A stretch of 64,000 nucleotides of DNA, from positions 15,872,001 through 15,936,000 of the forward strand of contig OX597817.1 of NCBI GenBank assembly GCA_951406725.2. Reading direction: 5' to 3'. Shown here piece after piece: positions 37,599 through 48,914 of this stretch. This DNA is from Octopus vulgaris (lineage: Eukaryota). The notes beneath the pieces were generated by a model. That model did not search any database and had not been told where the DNA came from. It saw only the letters and a program-made list of their open reading frames with translations. The position numbers and the translations under genes are program-made. The stretch's first letter is position 1. Each line of letters opens with the position of its first letter.

Positions 37599-39335
37599 TA
37601 ATTCTAATTCTTTATGCAAGCACTCAGGCTATTACACAGAGGGGACAGCACAAGGACAGGCAGAACCCCACAGTGGGGACAAAAACACAAAACGAATGAA
37701 AATGAGAAAAAATGTTATGTAATAAATGAAAATGAAATGACTGCACGAGCCCCACTCTCATGCAGTACCATTTGAACGTTTTTACAGTTTCTAATCTTTT
37801 CTTTTTTCCGTTTGTAATTTTTTTCCTTAGCATCGTTTTTTTAAAGAATTTTACTTACTCTTTATTTTCAATTGTTCATATATGGTTCCAATTCTCTATA
37901 TTCTACCACAGGTGGCAGTTCATCAAATTCAACCTCAAATCCGGGTTGATTAATCTCGCTTTTAAATATTTCCTTTAACTTATTATACATTTCTTTATCT
38001 ATAACTATTGCTTTCACATTTTCAGTGTAAATCTCTGTTGGTAACCTCACCCTTATTATGGATTTGAACTTTGTTGTCTTTTTTCTATCACCGTGTTCTT
38101 GTGTTTCTTCGGTTTTCTCACCTGTTTGTTTTTTCCTTCCTTCACCTTTGGCACCCCAACACTGTCTATTTCTTCCTCCATTTTTGTCGAAGATTCACTT
38201 TCATTCTGTTGTATCTATCCACTACGCAACTCTTCCTCTTCATCTTCAGCTGGTGTAGCTAGTATACTCGCTTCTGTCACCTCCTTCTCAACCTCTTTTT
38301 TCTTTTTCTGCCTCTCCAGCGGAGAGCCTACTCGTTCTTTTCTTTTACGCTTATTTACCACTGTGGACACCTCTTCTGTTACTACCGTCTCCTTCGCACC
38401 CTCTTGAACCAATTCGTCTTCCTTCTTTTGTTCTTCAGACTGTTCCATCCGTTGTTCTTCCTCTCTCAGGGGACACCTTACCTTCATGTGGCCTTTCTCC
38501 CCACATAGATAGCATATGGGAGGCCTACCCTCTCAGTCTCACATCCTCTGGTAAAACTTTGTAATTTCGTTTAATTCTCTCAAACTTGCTTGTATGGCCA
38601 TCTCTATGCCATACCCCGATCAATTTAACCTTTTGGTTCTCGTCACTTTAAGTATTCTTACGTCTTCCTCCACGTTAATCATTATTGCTGCTACCAACCA
38701 TGTTTCATTTATATCCGGGTGTACTTTTCCTACTCTCACCCTGGCAACACGCTTGCCACAGTACGTTGGCAAAAGTACCCATTCTTCCGTCTTTATGGCT
38801 ACAGTGGAGTGTTTTAACGCTTCGTCTTGCGTCACGAATCGCACCTCCACTGTGCCATACTTCCTTCCTCTTGTGATAAAAGTGAACTTCTTAATCTCTT
38901 TTAAACATTCTTCGATAGCTTCGATGGTTACAATTTCGATTTTTATATATTACAGTTCTTTTTATCACACTATTCGTTTGATCTTTTGGTGGCGTTAATT
39001 TCAAAGTATTACCTTCTCTTTTCAACAATTTCTCACACTCTTTCAACTTCTTTGGCTCCATCTTCACCTCACGAACTTCCAAAGCGTCAATGTCCACACC
39101 TCTACCAGTTGCTGCTGCATAACTGTGGCCTTTTGCTGGTACTTGTTCCATATCTCCCATAAATGGGAAGAAAACAATCATAATTAAACAAGTTTGTATG
39201 CAAACAACAATAACAGTAATTTCAACAATCAACAATCGTAGGTACACCCACGAGGGAGAGACCTTCAACAATATACAATAACACCACTTGCTTTTACGGA
39301 ATCACAAGGATTTAAACCAGAATCACAAGGATTAA
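37599..39335 (-). mobile_element. ORF1-only (HAL1-like) non-autonomous non-LTR element, copy 1; pseudo-ORF ~39151-37868
   Basis: MEQVPAKGHSYAAA, RRM-like KYGTVEVRF, zinc knuckle CYLCGEKGHMKVRC, charged linker and conserved C-domain; ~270-bp 3'UTR ending TAAAGAATTAGAATT; no RT. Confidence 0.8.
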
Positions 39336-39343
39336 CCCACCGG

Positions 39344-41071
39344 TTTCTTTATTTGCTTATTCAAGCGTACATAGGGTGGACGAACAAAGACAGACAAGAC
39401 AGCACAAGTGGGGACAAACAACATAGACGAATGAATGATATGATAATTATACAAGGAAGATGTGATAGCTACTACTCGACCCCACTTCTGAGCAGTCCCA
39501 TTTAAATCTATTTTGTATCAAGATTATAACTAAATCATTTCCGTTCAGTATACAGTGGATTTAATTTTTCAAAGTCCACCACAGGTGGCAAAGGTCCAAA
39601 ATAGTCTATTTCTGTTCCCAATGGGTTTATTGCTTTCAACCTTTTGTAACACTTTCTATCAATAATCATACATTTCCTACCTAGAGCTTGTACTGTCTCC
39701 TCTTCTCTAACTCTGACAACTGTCTTCATTTTGTTAGTTTTTTTCTTCAATCACTGGATTTGTCCTATAGTATGTTATAAATCCTGTTGATATTTTATAT
39801 TGTTTTTCTTGTGTCTATCTGTGTGTAATCAGTTGGTGTATCTGTACTGTTTCAGTTTGAGTTTTTCCGTGTACATGAAGTACTGGCGATTTCCTGTGGG
39901 TGTTCTGTTATTGGGGTTACTGTGCTATATGTACATATATGTGTGTGTTTGGTTGGAGATTCAGGGCTGTTTAGTGTCATTGTATTTGTTAGCTGCGGTG
40001 TGGGCGTTTGTTTCTTTCCTCTTTCTATTTAGTATTTCATGCACTTCATTTATACTTGGTCCCTCAGTGTCCTCCTCCGGCTTCTCGCTGTACTGATTTC
40101 TTCCTTTCTCACTTCCTTTGGTGTTTGTTTTTGGAGAAGGGGACAGCTCACCTTAATGTACCCCTTCTCCCCGTAGTGGTAACATTTGGGAGGTCTTCCC
40201 TCCTCTACTACCCACAGTTTCACATCCTCCGGGAGTTCAACCTCCTCTGTTATCATTTGAAGGTCACTAATGGTGGCCTGGATTAAGACCTCAAGGATTA
40301 TGACCTCAACCCCACCAATTTAATTGTTCTGTGCGGCTCACTTGTAGAATCTGCGGGTCGTCTTCCATATCCATCATAATGGCTGCCAGCAACCACATTT
40401 CTTTAATTTCCGGGAGCACCCTGTCAATTCTTATTCTTGTTACTCTCTTCCCAAGATAAGTTGGCAGCAGTACCCACTTCTCCGACTTCAAGGCTTCCGT
40501 GGAGTGCATTACTGCTTCCTCCACTGTCGAGAAGCGCACCTCCACCGTTCCAAATTTCCTGCCTCTACAGAAATATTCGACTTTTTCGCTCACCTTATTC
40601 AGGCATTCCTCAGCTTCTCTCGCCGTTTCTATCTTCCTAGTTAGCAGTGACAGAGTTCTGTACATCACTGTCGTCAGTTCTTTGTTTGTTGTCACCTCCG
40701 TTGGTGGCGTCAATTCTAACTTTGCACCCTCTCTCCTAAGTAAATCCCGGCTGTTCTCCACTGCCTCCAAGGTCACAGCCACTTCCGTTACTTCCAACTT
40801 TCTTACAGCCTCCGCAACACTTCTGCATTTCGTTACTGCTGCGTAGCTGCCAGCACGCACTTGCTTTACCTCCATTGTAGCTTTTCCCCACTAGGAGAGA
40901 ACAACCACAAAGCAAATGCAATCTTAAAATTCAAAACAATCAACAGACACCCCGCTAGGGAAAAAAACATTAAACAAAGGATAACTATCCGTAACACAAA
41001 ACAAAATTTACAGAAAACAGCCGAACGCACTACCCCCCAAAATTGCTACCAACACAATCCACGAGGATTAA
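39344..41071 (-). mobile_element. ORF1-only element, copy 2 (divergent subfamily); pseudo-ORF ~40875-39535
   Basis: SYAAV, GRKFGTVEVRF, WVLLPTYLGKRV, GRPPKCYHYGEKGY..CP, FGPLPPVVDFEKLNP; tail AATAAAGAAA. Confidence 0.8.
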
Positions 41072-41187
41072 CACACCACACTGTACCTCACACTATCAGT
41101 ATGCATGTGCCTTTATAAGGTTTAGGACAGATCACTTGCTATCCCACACAGGGGTGTCAGAATTTCACCATAATATCTTCCCTCTTT
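41072..41187 (-). promoter_or_regulatory. Putative Gypsy 3' LTR U3 part (41175-41072) preceded by a polypurine tract (41187-41176); TATAAAG at 41117-41111
   Basis: AAAGAGGGAAGA|tattatggtgaaattctgacac; homologous to 46046-46146; lies downstream of the integrase end. Confidence 0.6.
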
Positions 41188-41188
41188 A

Positions 41189-41400
41189 AGCTGGCAGAAT
41201 TGTTAGCACGCCGGGCGAAATGCTTAGCGGTATTTCGTCTGCCATTACGTTCTGAGTTCAAATTCCGCATAGGTCGACTTTGCCTTTCATCCTTTCGGGG
41301 TCGATTAAATAAGTACCAGTTACGCACTGAGGTCTTAATTCCTTTGTCTGTCCTTGTTTGTCTCCTATATGTTTAGCCCCCTGTGGACAATAAAGAAATA
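41189..41400 (+). mobile_element. SINE B
   Basis: Family match. Confidence 0.88.
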
Positions 41401-41689
41401 ACTATTTTTCTTTTATTTATTATATATTTATTACCACCTCTTCCCCTTTTTTCCACTTAATTCCCCGGGAAGAAATTGGAATATTTATTTTTCGTTTGGC
41501 CTCTACTTGCAAAAGTTCTGTTTGTTTTCTCTTCCTACTCGATGTACTCGTTGGTTCGACTATTCCTTGAGGTACCAGGACGTCAAAAATGTCATAAAGA
41601 AATTCCATTGGTTCTTCATGTGTTATTCTTTCTTCTGTAAACCATTTTTTCAGTTGTTTTAAATGTCTTTTGTGTTCAGAAATTTGTAA

Positions 41690-42196
41690 AGAATTAATAT
41701 TTATGCATATTTACTTATCTTATAATTTAGTATCAGTTTCCCTATTTCTTTTTTTTTTCTACACATGTAATTCAACTTTCTTTCGAATTTTTTAATCTTA
41801 ACATTCGACCAAATATTAATAGACGTCATACAAGAAAAAGATTTTACAAAAACGCCTTCCAAAAAGCTAAAGATTTTTTAAAAGGCGGATTAACAACAAC
41901 ACCTAAATGGCTTACGCAGTTAAAATGTTTCTTCCAAATATAGTCACTCGTATTTTACAAAAGAAAACTAAACCATCACCTAAGCTGTAATGCAACTCGT
42001 AGAAGTGCACGTACATGTACACACCAAGGATCAGGGTCATCTACGCTGGCGTGCAAATCGTAGATGTACACGTAGGCCCAACATGTGCACACATATCTGC
42101 ACAGGAGAATTAGAAATTACTGTCGAGTTTAGCATTTATGTAACCTCTTGCGGAACCCCTGGACTGTACTGGCGGAACCCTAGTTGAAAATCACAG
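41690..42196. mobile_element. Probable hAT-type MITE remnant
   Basis: End GCGGAACCC...GGAACCCTAGTTGAAAATCACAG resembles hAT/Charlie termini; only one end seen. Confidence 0.45.
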
Positions 42197-42959
42197 CTCT
42201 AAAGAGACAGGTAGTTCACGTACCATGTCGCAGAGTATATATTTTATTTTGATTTCAGCTTTTAATGCCGCTATTACAGTGTCCTCTAACGGTTCATTGT
42301 ATTTGGGTATCAATCTTGACAGCCCATCCACAAGTCCCAGTTTTTTCGGTGGTAGAAATTCCATCTTGAAGTTATAATTTAGCAGGATCGTCCCCCAGCG
42401 CTGCAATCAGTTGCCTGTATGTGTGGCGGATACCCTTTTTCGAACCGTAAATTGACAACAATGGGTGGTGATCTGTCTTCAGACTAAATTTCCTTTCATG
42501 TATGAATTTGTGAAAATAATGGCTAATACTTCCTTCTCAATTTGTCTGTAGTTTTTTCAGCCTCCAACAATGAACTTGAAGCATGAAGACTATCATTTTC
42601 ATATCTGGATTTTAGGCTATCATTTTCATACCTGTGTAAAATTACCGCTCCTATACTATTTTCACTAGCATCTGATGCTATTACTATCTTTAAATTTGGA
42701 TCAAAGTGTGATAATGACAGTTCCGATGTTAAAACTTATAAAATTTCTTCGAACGCTTTTTGGCACCTGTCCGACCAATAGCATTTAACGTATTTTTTCA
42801 ACAGGTTGTATAGGGGTGCTCTTAGCTCATGCATATTTGGTATATATGTTTGGTAATAGTTTACGAGCCCCGAGAATGCTTGTAACATTATAATATTTTT
42901 CGGAGGAGGCATATTTTTTTATTGCAGTCGATCTTGAAGGATCTGGCCAGCGACCATAT

Positions 42960-43510
42960 CAGCCTACCAGACCTCCACAAAATTGTTGAAATTATTTACC
43001 CGATGAAACCAGACTGAGAATTATGGTGGGAAGCAGACCTCCAATATGTTTTGCCTGTGGAGTAAGGGGTCACATGAAAGCCAAGTCTCCCCAGAAACAC
43101 GATCGGGAGGAGGCGGAGAAAGAGCGTCGGGAAGAAGAAATTGTAATGGCAGAAGAGGAAAAAGAGTCCACTGTGGTAGAAAAGAAAGACGGATGAAAAT
43201 AAAGAGGAAAAAAGAGAAAATGAGGAATCAACGGAAGATCGAACACAAAGACCAGAGCCTTCAACAAGCAAGGAGGAGGAAAGACAGAAGAGACTAGGAA
43301 GTGAAAAGGAGCAACAAACAGAGATGGAATCAGACAGAGAGTGAAGGGATACAGCCAAGAAAGCCACCGAAGGGGAAATACGAAAGAGTGATGGTGCAAT
43401 ACGAGGAGAGTGTGGAAATAGAGAAAAAAAATCTCAAAGATGAAAGTCGTGATAAGAATTAAGCTGGCCGATAAGGAAGAGAACCGGAATATAAAAGCAA
43501 TGTTACTGGA
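42960..43510 (+). mobile_element. Internal fragment of a fourth ORF1-only-family copy, antisense to the Gypsy
   Basis: LPDETRLRIMVGSRPPICFACGVRGHMKAK, Glu/Lys-rich linker, KMKVVIRIKLADKEENRNIKAMLLED. Confidence 0.75.
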
Positions 43511-43836
43511 AGACGTACTTTCTTTTCTTCCGCCCAATTTCTACATTTTTGTTTGAAGATTCCTTCATATCTTCTGAAGTATGCAGAAAACGTAATCCCT
43601 TCTTATGGATTATAAGTAAATTCTTCAATTGAATTAGCAACCTCGCCTGCCGGAAACGAACCTGAAGTGTTTTTATACTGCAACAACAAGACCAACAACT
43701 GTTGATTTTGCTGTTGTACCTGTTGTTGCTGTTTCTGTTGTTCTTGTTGTAGTTGCCGTTGCAACTGTACCACCGAAGGTAACAGGTCTTCCATGCTAAG
43801 AACGTCCATGCTGAGCTTCGAATGTATCGATGCCAC

Positions 43837-43977
43837 TCACATTCTTGAGTTTGGATCTAGACTACACTGTAACAGTGTTATAACACTACTAAAACTAAAT
43901 CAGAAACAAACTTATATCTCTTCTCAACGACTTCTACGACTGCCTTCACAAATGCGACTGCACACATCACACTATAC
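43837..43977 (-). repeat. Putative Gypsy 5' LTR, R/U5 part (U3 part displaced to 46046-46146)
   Basis: Lies between the duplicated target site and the PBS-like motif/gag; canonical CA end not preserved. Confidence 0.55.
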
Positions 43978-45069
43978 TAATTCTTTAAAGGCGGTGAGCT
44001 GGCAGAAACGTTAGCACGCCGGACGAAATGCGTAGCCGTATTTCGTCTGTCGTTACGTTCTGAGTTCAAATTCCGCCGAGGTCGACTTTGCCTTTCATCC
44101 TTTCGGGGTCGATAAATAAAGTACCAGTTACGCGCTGGGGTCGATGTAATCGACTTAATCCGTTTGTCTGTCCTTGTTTGTCCTCTCTATGTTTAACCCC
44201 TTGTGGGCAATAAAGAAATATATACTAATTCTTTAAGCACCCAGGCTTTTACACTGAGGGGACAGCACAAGGACAGACAGAACAACACAGTGGGGACAAA
44301 AAACACAAAACGATATAATAAATGAAGATGAAATGGCTGCTTGAGCCCCACTCTCATGCAATACCATTTGACCGTTCTTTCAGGCAGTTTATAATCTCTT
44401 CTTTCCTTTTGTTTGTTCCATTAGCATAGTTTTTTTTATTTTACTTACTCTTTTTTTTTTAATAGTTCATATATGGTTCTAATTCTCTATATTCCATCAC
44501 TGGCGGTAGTTCGCCAAACTCCACCTCAACTCCCGGTGGATCAATCTCCCTTCCAAGCATTTCCTTCAACCCGTTATACCTCTCTTTATCTATAACAATT
44601 GCTTTCACATTTTTCGTGTAAACCTCCGCAGGCAACCTCACCCTTATTATGGATTTAAACTTCGTTATCTGTTTTTCTATTGCCGTGTTCTTGGCGTATG
44701 TTACGAAATTCCACTTATGCTTCTTCGACTTTCTCGCTTGTTTGTTTTTCCCATGATCCACTCTTGGCGCCTTCACTCTGTCTTTATCCTCTTCCATTTT
44801 AGATACTGCCACTGCTTTACTTTCGTGCTGTCGTCTCTCTTCACCACCCAAATCTTCCTCCTCCGCTAATGTAGCCAGTACCTTTGCTACTGTCACCTCT
44901 TTCTCAAGCTCTTCTTTTTTTCTTTTTCTGCCTCTCCGGCGGAGAGCTTACTCTTTCTTTTCTTTTTCGTTTTTTAACCACTGTGAACGCTTTCTCCGTT
45001 ATTACCGTCTCCTTCACACCATCTTGTACCACTTCGTCCACCTCTTTTCTTCAGACTGTTCCATCTGTT

Positions 45070-45136
<67 letters not shown>

Positions 45137-46045
45137 GGGCACCTCGCCTTCATATGGCCTTTTCCCCTGCATTGATAACATATAGGAGGCCTGCTCTCCA
45201 CTACCACTATCAGCCTCACATCCTCAGGTAAAATTATTTCTCTGTAGTTTTGTTTAAGTCACTTAAAATTGCTTGTATGGACATCTCTATGCCATACAAT
45301 TTAACCTTTTGGTTCTCGTCACTTTAAGTATTTTTGCATCTTCCTCCATGTTAAACATTATCGCTGCTACCAACCATCTTTCATTTATTTCTGGGGGTAC
45401 TTTTCCAACTCTCACCCTGGCAACACGCTTGCTACAGTACGTTGGCAAAAGTACCCATTCTTCCGTATTTATGACTACAGTGGAGTGCTTTATCGCTTCG
45501 TCTTCCGTCACGAAGCGCACCTCCGCTATGCCATACTTCCTTCCTCTTGTGATAAAAGTGGTGAACTTTTTAACTGCTTTTAGACACTCACAAATGGCTT
45601 CGATAGTTGCGATTTCAATTTTTTTCGATGACACTTTCAGTGTTTTGTATATCACAGTTCTGTTTCTTGCACAATTTGTTAGTTCATCTGGTAGCGTTAA
45701 TTTTAAAGTATGGCCTTCTCTTTTCAATAACTTTTCGGACTCTTTTAGCTACTTCGGTTCTACCTTCACCTCACGAACCTCCAAAGCGTCAGAGTCCACT
45801 CCTCTAACAGTTACTGCCGCATAACTGTGGCCTTTTTCTGGTACTTGTTCCATTTTTCTTCTCTTCTCAAGCTCCCCTATAAACGGGAAGAAAAGAAACA
45901 CAAACTCGTATGTAAAAATAGCAATTTCAACAATCAACAATCAACAATTGTAGGTACACACACGAGGGGAGACCTTCAACAAATATACTATAGCAATTAT
46001 AACACCACTTATTTCTACGGAATCACAAGGATTTTAACCAGAAAA
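43978..46045 (-). mobile_element. ORF1-only element, copy 3; pseudo-ORF ~45853-44459; SINE B inserted in its tail
   Basis: MEQVPEKGHSYAAV, RPPICYQCRGKGHMKARCP, KFKSIIRVRLP..LPPVMEYRELEPYM; flanked by acaccacactgtac / acatcacactatac. Confidence 0.82.
43990..44220 (+). mobile_element. SINE B with 16-bp TSD tatactaattctttaa
   Basis: Duplication at 43973-43988 and 44221-44236. Confidence 0.9.
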
Positions 46046-46146
46046 ACACCACACTGTACCTCGCACCGTCAGTACACATCCACCTTTAAAAGGTTTAGGA
46101 CAGTTCACTTGCTAACCTCCAGGAGTGTCAAGATTTCACAACAAAT
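46046..46146 (-). repeat. Putative Gypsy 5' LTR, U3 part
   Basis: tgttgtgaaatcttgacac...tagcaagtga.ctgtcctaaacctt...gaggtacagtgtggtgt, homologous to 41072-41175. Confidence 0.6.
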
Positions 46147-46623
46147 TGTCATTTTAAATTAAAGTATAAATAAATCATCATCATCTTCACTTTTACGTCC
46201 ACTCTTCATGCTGGCTTGAGTTGCATATTTTGACGGGCTTAAACAGGTTGGAGGACTATGTCATGCTTCAGTATCTCAGTTTTGGCATGGTTTCTACAGC
46301 TGGATGCTCTTCCTAACACTAACTACTTTACAGAGTGTACTGGGTGCTTTCTTTTCATGGCACCAGCACTACTGAGGTTACCTGATAACTTGCAAGATTA
46401 AAGAGCCCCTCAAATAGGTGATTAAGTGATTGGTTTACACAAGGGTTGAGAGGTTACATTATGATCAAAGGAGGAGAAGATTCATTATTACCTCACATTT
46501 AACATGGGTGAATGGAAAAGGCTGAAGTGATACCCAAAAGTGAGGTAAATATGATAGTCAATATTCCAGAACATACTTTCATAGTAACATGTCCAAGACA
46601 GTAAATAGAGAGCATGGGTACGT

Positions 46624-47030
46624 AGGCGCAGAAGTGGCTGTGTGGTAAGTAGCTTGTTTACCAACCACATGGTTCCAGGTTCAGTCCCACTGCGTGGCAC
46701 CTTGGGCAAGTGTCTTCTACTATAGCCTCGGGCCGACCAAAGCCTTGTGGGTGGATTTGGTAGACGGAAACTGAAAGAAGCTCGTCGTATATATGTATAT
46801 ATACATATATGTGTGTGTGTGTTTCTGTTTGTCCCCCTAGCATTGCTTGACAACCGATGCTGGTGTGCTTATATCCCCGTTACTTAGCGGTTCGGCAAAA
46901 GAGACCAATAGAATACGTACTGGGCTTACAAAAGAATAAGTCCCGGGGTCGAGTTGCTCGATTAAAGGCGGTGCTCCAGCATGGCCGCAGTCAAATGACT
47001 GAAACAAGTAAAAGAGTAAAAGAGTAAAGA
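46624..47030 (+). mobile_element. SINE A, full length
   Basis: Family match. Confidence 0.9.
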
Positions 47031-47599
47031 GGTACAGAATAATCAGGAAGGGTGGATAAGATTGCAAGAGTATGAGAATGGAGTGAAAGAGGGATAGCAG
47101 CATGGTCTTGAAAGTGGTCAGATGTATATAGGGAATGAATGTACTGAATGGTGAGCAAAGGTGGGGTTGATAAATATGAGTGGAGTAGACAATTATAAAA
47201 ATGAGAAATGGATGCCATTTGGGGATGGCACAGAGGAGAGGGAGTGAAAGCTGGTAGTACAAAGATAACAGTATGGTATAGTAGCAGGTTCTGCTTTCAT
47301 TTCTTACAGTCACATGTTAAACAGTAGATAGGAAAGCATTTGAAGGGTGAGTAGTGAAGTAACGAAGGATTGGGTTAAAGGTCACAAGTGAGAAGAGAGA
47401 AAAAGATGGATACAAACAAGAATGGGAGAGTCACTGGTAAAAATGAGATGTCAATAAAAAATGGCTTGAAGGAGAGACCCAACTGTCTAGTGGGTATAAA
47501 AGAGGGATGAAGCAGCATTTGTAGGCTTGGTAGGGACCCAGTTGTGTGTGCACACATTAAGCTTTGAGAGCCCCAGTCACACCTTATTAGCATAGCCAA

Positions 47600-48210
47600 G
47601 TGGGTTTTCTTGATCACTGCATATTGCCAGTCATCTTGGTCCTTTGACATCTCTTCTGTGAATCTCAACATCCTGAGAAAAGCCTTCACCACCTCATCTC
47701 ACATCTTCCTGGGTTTTCCTTTTCCAGACTCCATCTGTTATAAGCAATCAGTGCTTCTTTGTACAACTATCTTCCCATGTCCAAATCAAAGCAGATTTTT
47801 CTCCTGAATGCTGCATTAGATTCCTCTAATGCTCATTGATCATGTGCAGTAACACTGCACATCCTGCACATCCTGCAGAGCATGCTTACTTCATTTCCTT
47901 CTAGTCTTCATAGGTTCTCTAGTTTTCACAGGACCCATATTTCACTACCATGTAATACTGCAGCTCATACACTAACATCATACAGTCTGCTGTTCACTCT
48001 AAGAAAGAAACCTTTTGTAGTTAACAGAAGTAATAGCCTCCTGAACTTTCTTCACCTTGTTGTTATTCTGATCACCTAGATTACAGAAGTTATCGATAAC
48101 CTTTTGTGAAATACCTGAGCATTTATTTCTTATGCGTTTTTAGAATTCCTTACTTCTGTGCATCTGCCACATACAAAGTCTATCTTCTCTGTTAACTTGC
48201 CTGTGTCTCC
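47600..48210 (-). mobile_element. Old RTE 3' fragment
   Basis: Degenerate homology to RTE C-terminus (KFRRLLLLLTTKGF). Confidence 0.65.
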
Positions 48211-48244
48211 AGTGTACTTACTGCATATTCATTTATCATATTTA

Positions 48245-48810
48245 TATGAGGTGGTATCAAAATGTTCCCAGACTAGTTCTGCAGTGCACCAACAGATGGC
48301 AGCACAAAGTTGCTTGCACAGTGAGAGCTAGCAAGTGACCTTTATGAGGCAATGTGTCGAATGACATTGCTGTGTTTACTTCGAAAGTTGTGAAATTTGT
48401 GCTTTTGGGATGACATATATGCTGCAGCCTGCAACTTTGTCTTGGACAAGAAGTTGGAACAAAGAGCCAACAAGAAATTTTGCGTTAAAGTTGAAAAGTC
48501 TGCTACATGGACAGTGAGCATGCATTAGAAAGCTTACAGCAACAAGGCAATGGGTTGTACGCAATGTTTCGAGTGGCATGGGCTCTCTTCAAAGGTGGAA
48601 GAACATCCTTGGAAGATGATGAGTGATCTGGAGGCCAACCATGAGCATCATCCCCAGAAATGTGGAGAAAGTTCATCAGCTTGTGGATGAGGATCGTCAG
48701 AGAACAATCAACGACATTGCTGATGTTGATGGTCTGTTGTATGTGTTTGTGCAGGCAATCCTAACGTCTGAATTGAACATGTAGCCTGTCTTTGCTATGC
48801 TTTTTCCCAA
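48245..48810 (+). mobile_element. Mariner relic (TIR and HTH region)
   Basis: TA-tgaggtggtatcaaaatgttcc; EQRANKKFCVK, LEDDE*SG.P, TINDIAD. Confidence 0.7.
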
Positions 48811-48914
48811 AGGTTTTGGTGATATAAGTGAAAAGAAAGAGGTAGATCATAGAATTGCAATAGAGTTACTTACTTTGTTTGCTAGATGCTTACCTTCTAT
48901 CATGTTATAAATAC

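Larger units (their letters stand above)
41420..43836 (-). mobile_element. Internally deleted Gypsy (Mag/K02A2.6-like) LTR retrotransposon: gag start 43510-43810, RT/RNaseH 42200-42955, integrase tail 41420-41680
   Basis: EFTYNP*EGITFSAYFRRYE..NWAEEKKVRL; IASDAS..GAVI, QIEKE, TDHHPL, RWGTILLNYNF..DGLSRLI; KRHLKQL; PBS-like TGGCATCGA at 43835. Confidence 0.85.

Noticed and set aside
37587-37722. C-terminal tail of the 513-aa RTE ORF as a novel fusion domain
   Set aside because: Read-through into the antisense 3'UTR of ORF1-only copy 1.
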